This document shows, in pieces, positions 59,864 to 64,000 of a stretch of DNA of 64,000 nucleotides. Source of the stretch: the human T2T-CHM13v2.0 reference genome, Homo sapiens. Position 1 is the first letter of the stretch, and each line of letters starts with the position of its first letter. Below the pieces are notes generated by a model. That model saw only the letters and a list, made by a program, of their open reading frames with translations, searched no databases and was not told the origin of the DNA. Position numbers and translations under genes: made by a program. The stretch lies in the NCBI RefSeq assembly GCF_009914755.1, contig NC_060927.1; one strand, written 5' to 3'.

Positions 59864-60441
59864 TAACTAAGAGTAGGTGAGATTTGTCGACTGGGGAAGA
59901 GTATTTCCTGAACCTGCAGGAATCAGATGGTGATTCACCTGAAGGAAACACAGAGGGCTGGAGCTTAGACTGCCAGAAGTCTGCTTAAGGAGTGGGGGAT
60001 GAAGTCTCGGGTTGGGGCCTACTAACTCATCAGATCCAATTTTTAGGTCATTTTTTTTTTCCAGCCTCCTATTGCTATCTAGAAAACATGTATTTGCAGC
60101 CTTCCTGCCAATTAAATTTTGGATTAAAAGAAATAAGAATATGCTTTATGACAGATGAATTCTTTGAAAATATTATTCTACATATTATTTAAAGAGTATT
60201 GTTGTAATTGATAACTTTGGAAACTTGTAGTCTTATGAAACTAATGAAATCTGTAGACATATTTTTACACATACACAATAGACATATTTTTACACATACA
60301 CAATGATAAGTATTCAAAATATGTTAAATTATTCAGGGGCTGGGTTCACTGACTCCTTTGAATGCTGACCTTTAACATAAAACAATTTATTTTATTGCTT
60401 TAAAAAAGCATCCAACAATGACAAATTTATATAATCATATC

Positions 60442-60443
<2 letters not shown>

Positions 60444-60476
<33 letters not shown>

Positions 60477-60758
60477 TGAGACGGAGTCTCACACTGTTGC
60501 CCGGGCTGGTATGCAGTGGCATGATCTCAGCTTGCTGCAACCTCCACCTCCCGGATTCAAGTGATTCTCCTGCCTCAGCCTCCTGAGTAGGTAGGATTAC
60601 AGGTGCCCACGACTACACCCGGCTAATTTTTTGTATTTTTAGTAGAGACGGGGTTTCTCTATGTTGGCCAGGCTGGTCCTGAACTCCTGACCTCATGATC
60701 CGCCCGCCTCAGCCTCCCAAAGTGCTGGGATTACATGTGTGAGCCACTGCGCCCGGCC
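60444..60758 (-). mobile_element. Alu with long pure T tail
   Basis: T run ~60444-60476, full dimer, cactttt on both flanks. Confidence 0.93.
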
Positions 60759-62458
60759 ACTTTTTCTGATTTGTAAATAATTTTCTTGCTTTCAGATGAG
60801 AATCTCAAAGATTCTGATATTTTCTTGAATGCAACATTTAAATACATTTAAAAAAATAAAATTTCATCAAATGGAATCAAAACCTGTTATTGTGGATGAA
60901 GATAAATGAAAATAATCAAAGGTGAAAACTTTTTTGGAGTGAATAAATCTATAATAGGTATTACTTAGTGTTTACTTGTGTCTTAAGGAAATAATGTGTA
61001 CGTACTAGTTGATTTTCCTTATGTTTTTACAGAAAAACAAATGGGTGTTTAACTTAAAAATCAAGAGTTGGGTATCAAAATTATATTTTTTGTATTTTCC
61101 TATCTGCTTCCTAACCATACAAAAACAGACACCTACAATTTTAATTTTTTTTTTTTTTACATTCTGCTTTGGGTGGATTAAGTATGTTACGGAAAAGTAG
61201 CTAGTCCTGGGGAAGGTGTTTGAATAACAATTAGCCAACTTAATAATGGCCTAATCTTTTAAGAATTTGCAGATTTACAAACAATCCTTCATTTAGTTTT
61301 GACTCTCTCTGTGCTATTTTATACTTCCCCATTGATTTAGCATTTGAAGCCAGTTTCTTTTCTTTTCTTCTTTTTTTTTTTTGAAACCAGTTTGTTGTAT
61401 TTTGAGCAGAAGGGTTATGCTATGCAGACTTTAGTTTGGGAGATTTGTTCTTGTGTTGACCTTTTTGCCATTTTTTCATGATGATTCATAAATAATAAAT
61501 GAGGTACTGCTCATAATTTGACATTTTACTGCCAGAACAACTAACTGTTAAGTACTAAAGGCATCAGTCAAAGGGAGAAGCATCTCTTATGGCCCCCATA
61601 AAAGTATGTTGTGCAAAGAACTTTGCTGCAAGTACTGAGGATTATCACCCCAAATTTCCAGTGATGTGTATAAAATCTTAGTAGGGAGCTTATTCTGACA
61701 GATATTTGACAGGCTTCTGTTATAAGAATAAAGTCCTTTTAAAAAAAAGAGAGGGCCCTACTGTGAAAGGGTTATCATAGGCCCTTCTAAGTGCGAAGAA
61801 GGGCTTGTGAGGGGCCTATGAAATTTTCCTGTATAATGAAGCATCTTTAACTTTATGTGTGATGGTGTTAAGTAGGAAATAAGGTGATGTCCCTTCACTA
61901 CAGTAGGTGGCCCCCTTTTTCTCCTGAAGTGGGCTTGGGATAGGATGCACTTTTTCCTTTCCCAATACCTCTGTAAGCAACGTGCCCGGGACGGTAGCCT
62001 AACAGCTGGCTTGGAGTGTTTCAGTGTTTCGTTGGCTGGCAGCGCAAATTTAGTATAGTAACAAAAAAGTTAACGCAAGGCAGCCTTTATGCGTTAGTCT
62101 TAAAGTATATTATGCCAGTCTCAAGTTGGGACTTGTGAAAGCTGGTCTTACCTAACATTCCAAAAGGGAAGTAATACATGTTTAGTCATGAAAAAAGTGT
62201 AACACTTTGATGCAAAGAGCAGCTAACAGCCAGCCCATAGCTTTATTATTGTTCACATAATCGAAAGGTAAACCAGCATAGTTTTTTTCCTGCTGGTTTT
62301 TATAGCAAGTCTCACATTTCATAAAAGCCCCGGGAATCTTCATAGCGATAATTTCCTTTCCACTTCATTGGAAAATCCTGTTAAATGCAGGGCACTCTTT
62401 TATTAATTTTGTTTAGCCATTACAAACCCCAAATTTATTTTAAATACAGAACATCCAG

Positions 62459-62469
62459 GTGTGTGTGTG

Positions 62470-62506
<37 letters not shown>
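62459..62506. repeat. (GT)n microsatellite
   Basis: GT run with one GC interruption. Confidence 0.93.
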
Positions 62507-62507
<1 letters not shown>

Positions 62508-64000
62508 GGCCACCAGAAAACTTTAAAAAATTTTGTTTTGTTTTTATACTAGGGTGATTTTTTTCCTTCTAACATTATTTTTAAAGGTATTAAGACTACA
62601 AACAAATTGAAAGAATTGTTCAACTAGATTTCATCTAGATTTATAAATTGTTACTGTTTTTCACATATACTCTTCCCCACTCCAACATATTTACTGACGA
62701 CAGTAAAATGTCAGATTATGAGCAGTACCTCATTTATTATTTATGAATCATCATGAAAAATGGCAAAATCTGCATAGCATAACTCTTTACTCAAAATACA
62801 ACAAACTGGCAACAAACTAAACCAAACATATTTGGTTTAGTCACAGAAATTCAAATGAGGATTCCCGTAATCTTACTGATTTTTCAAAATATATTCTTAA
62901 AGAGACAGGGGCGCTCAAGGAGAAAAAGTGTCACATCTTCGAAGGAATTAAAATAGGTAAGATTACTCATAAGCCTTTCTCCGTCCTGAAATGAACTCTT
63001 TATTCTGTTTTCTCATGTTTTTGATATGAGACATTGAGCAAATGTATTACCAAGGCTTACCTTGGTTTCTAGTGGTTTCTCCATGGCATATGACTTTTTC
63101 CTCCCTTCTTTCTTTGGCTTTTCTGCATTGGTGTGGACCTGGGGACAGTGTTTCCTCCCAGTGTTGGTAGGCATAGTATTTGTGTTATAATCTCATTTTT
63201 CTGTATCACTAATCTCAGATGTATCTGTTTCTTCTTAAGGAAAATGCACATATAAAGGGCGTCATAGTCCTTTATAGTACACTAACTTGTTATTACAAAA
63301 CAAAGACAAGCAGGGATCTAATTGCAACATAGCTCAAGGTGATCTCTCTTGAATGCCCGTGTTGGTCTTTTCCATGTGGCTGGAACATGCAACAAGGATT
63401 ATAGTAAAACCTTTGCCCAAGTCTTACTGTTCCATCTCTGTACACAAGTCTTTCTAATTGTGGCTCACATCCAGTAGCTGAGAACTTGTGCTGAGTATAA
63501 TTATTATAAGCCCTTTAATAGTCAGTCCTTTGACAAGATTGGTATCATTGGGTCCCTATGCTTGAATTACTGTGTTTAATCTGTCATTTGAAATTATTTG
63601 TATCTATCAGGTCTGCTTTACACGAAACACCTTTTTCTGGTATGAGAACTTCATTTGATTAAAGGGAAGGGGGATGGTTTGGAGATTGAGTCTGGAGATA
63701 AGGCTGCATCTCTGACTGTTGTCCTTTTACTGATACTCCTTCCTATGCTGGGCAACTTAATCTATCTCCTTGCTTTGTAAATCTTGCTTGTGCGAGAGGC
63801 AGTGTCCGGCTGTGACAAGACTAGTGATTGGGGTCAGGTAAACTCCAATTTGGAACATCTCCACTTAGCAGCTTTTTTTACTTTGGGCAAAGCATATCTT
63901 CTTCTGAAAATGAGCATGGCAATGCCTGCCATGTAGGGTTGTAAAGCTTAAATGAGGTAATCTATTCAGGATAAATATATACAGTGTAGTTCCACAGTGT

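Overview
Human-like (primate) genomic DNA: AT-rich, CpG-poor, with 18 Alu copies plus L1, L2, MIR, MaLR and DNA-transposon relics. It is recognisable as the chr3q25.1 P2Y-receptor cluster. The only intact protein-coding gene is GPR87 on the minus strand: non-coding exon 1 ending at 59593, exon 2 at 43083-43214 carrying the ATG at 43116, and exon 3 starting at 38211 with the stop at 37169. Spliced, the CDS is 34+1043 = 1077 nt = 358 aa. A further minus-strand non-coding exon ending at 21352 matches, from memory, the P2RY14 5' UTR, whose CDS lies left of the window. A disabled processed SET (TAF-I alpha isoform) pseudogene sits on the plus strand at ~12005-14093, inserted in an old L1 and itself interrupted by an Alu. 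From established knowledge these GPCR genes lie antisense within a large MED12L intron; no MED12L exon is visible here. I see no new multi-gene system. The most unusual signals are: (i) chains of AUGA-overlapped upstream ORFs in the first exons of both P2RY14 and GPR87, (ii) a ~265 bp nested fold-back at 51132-51396, (iii) a ~180 nt branched stem-loop at 61743-61920, and (iv) several local duplications, including direct repeats flanking the GPR87 start-codon exon. Repeat family names and boundaries are by eye and approximate; all other ORFs in the track look like noise or repeat-derived.
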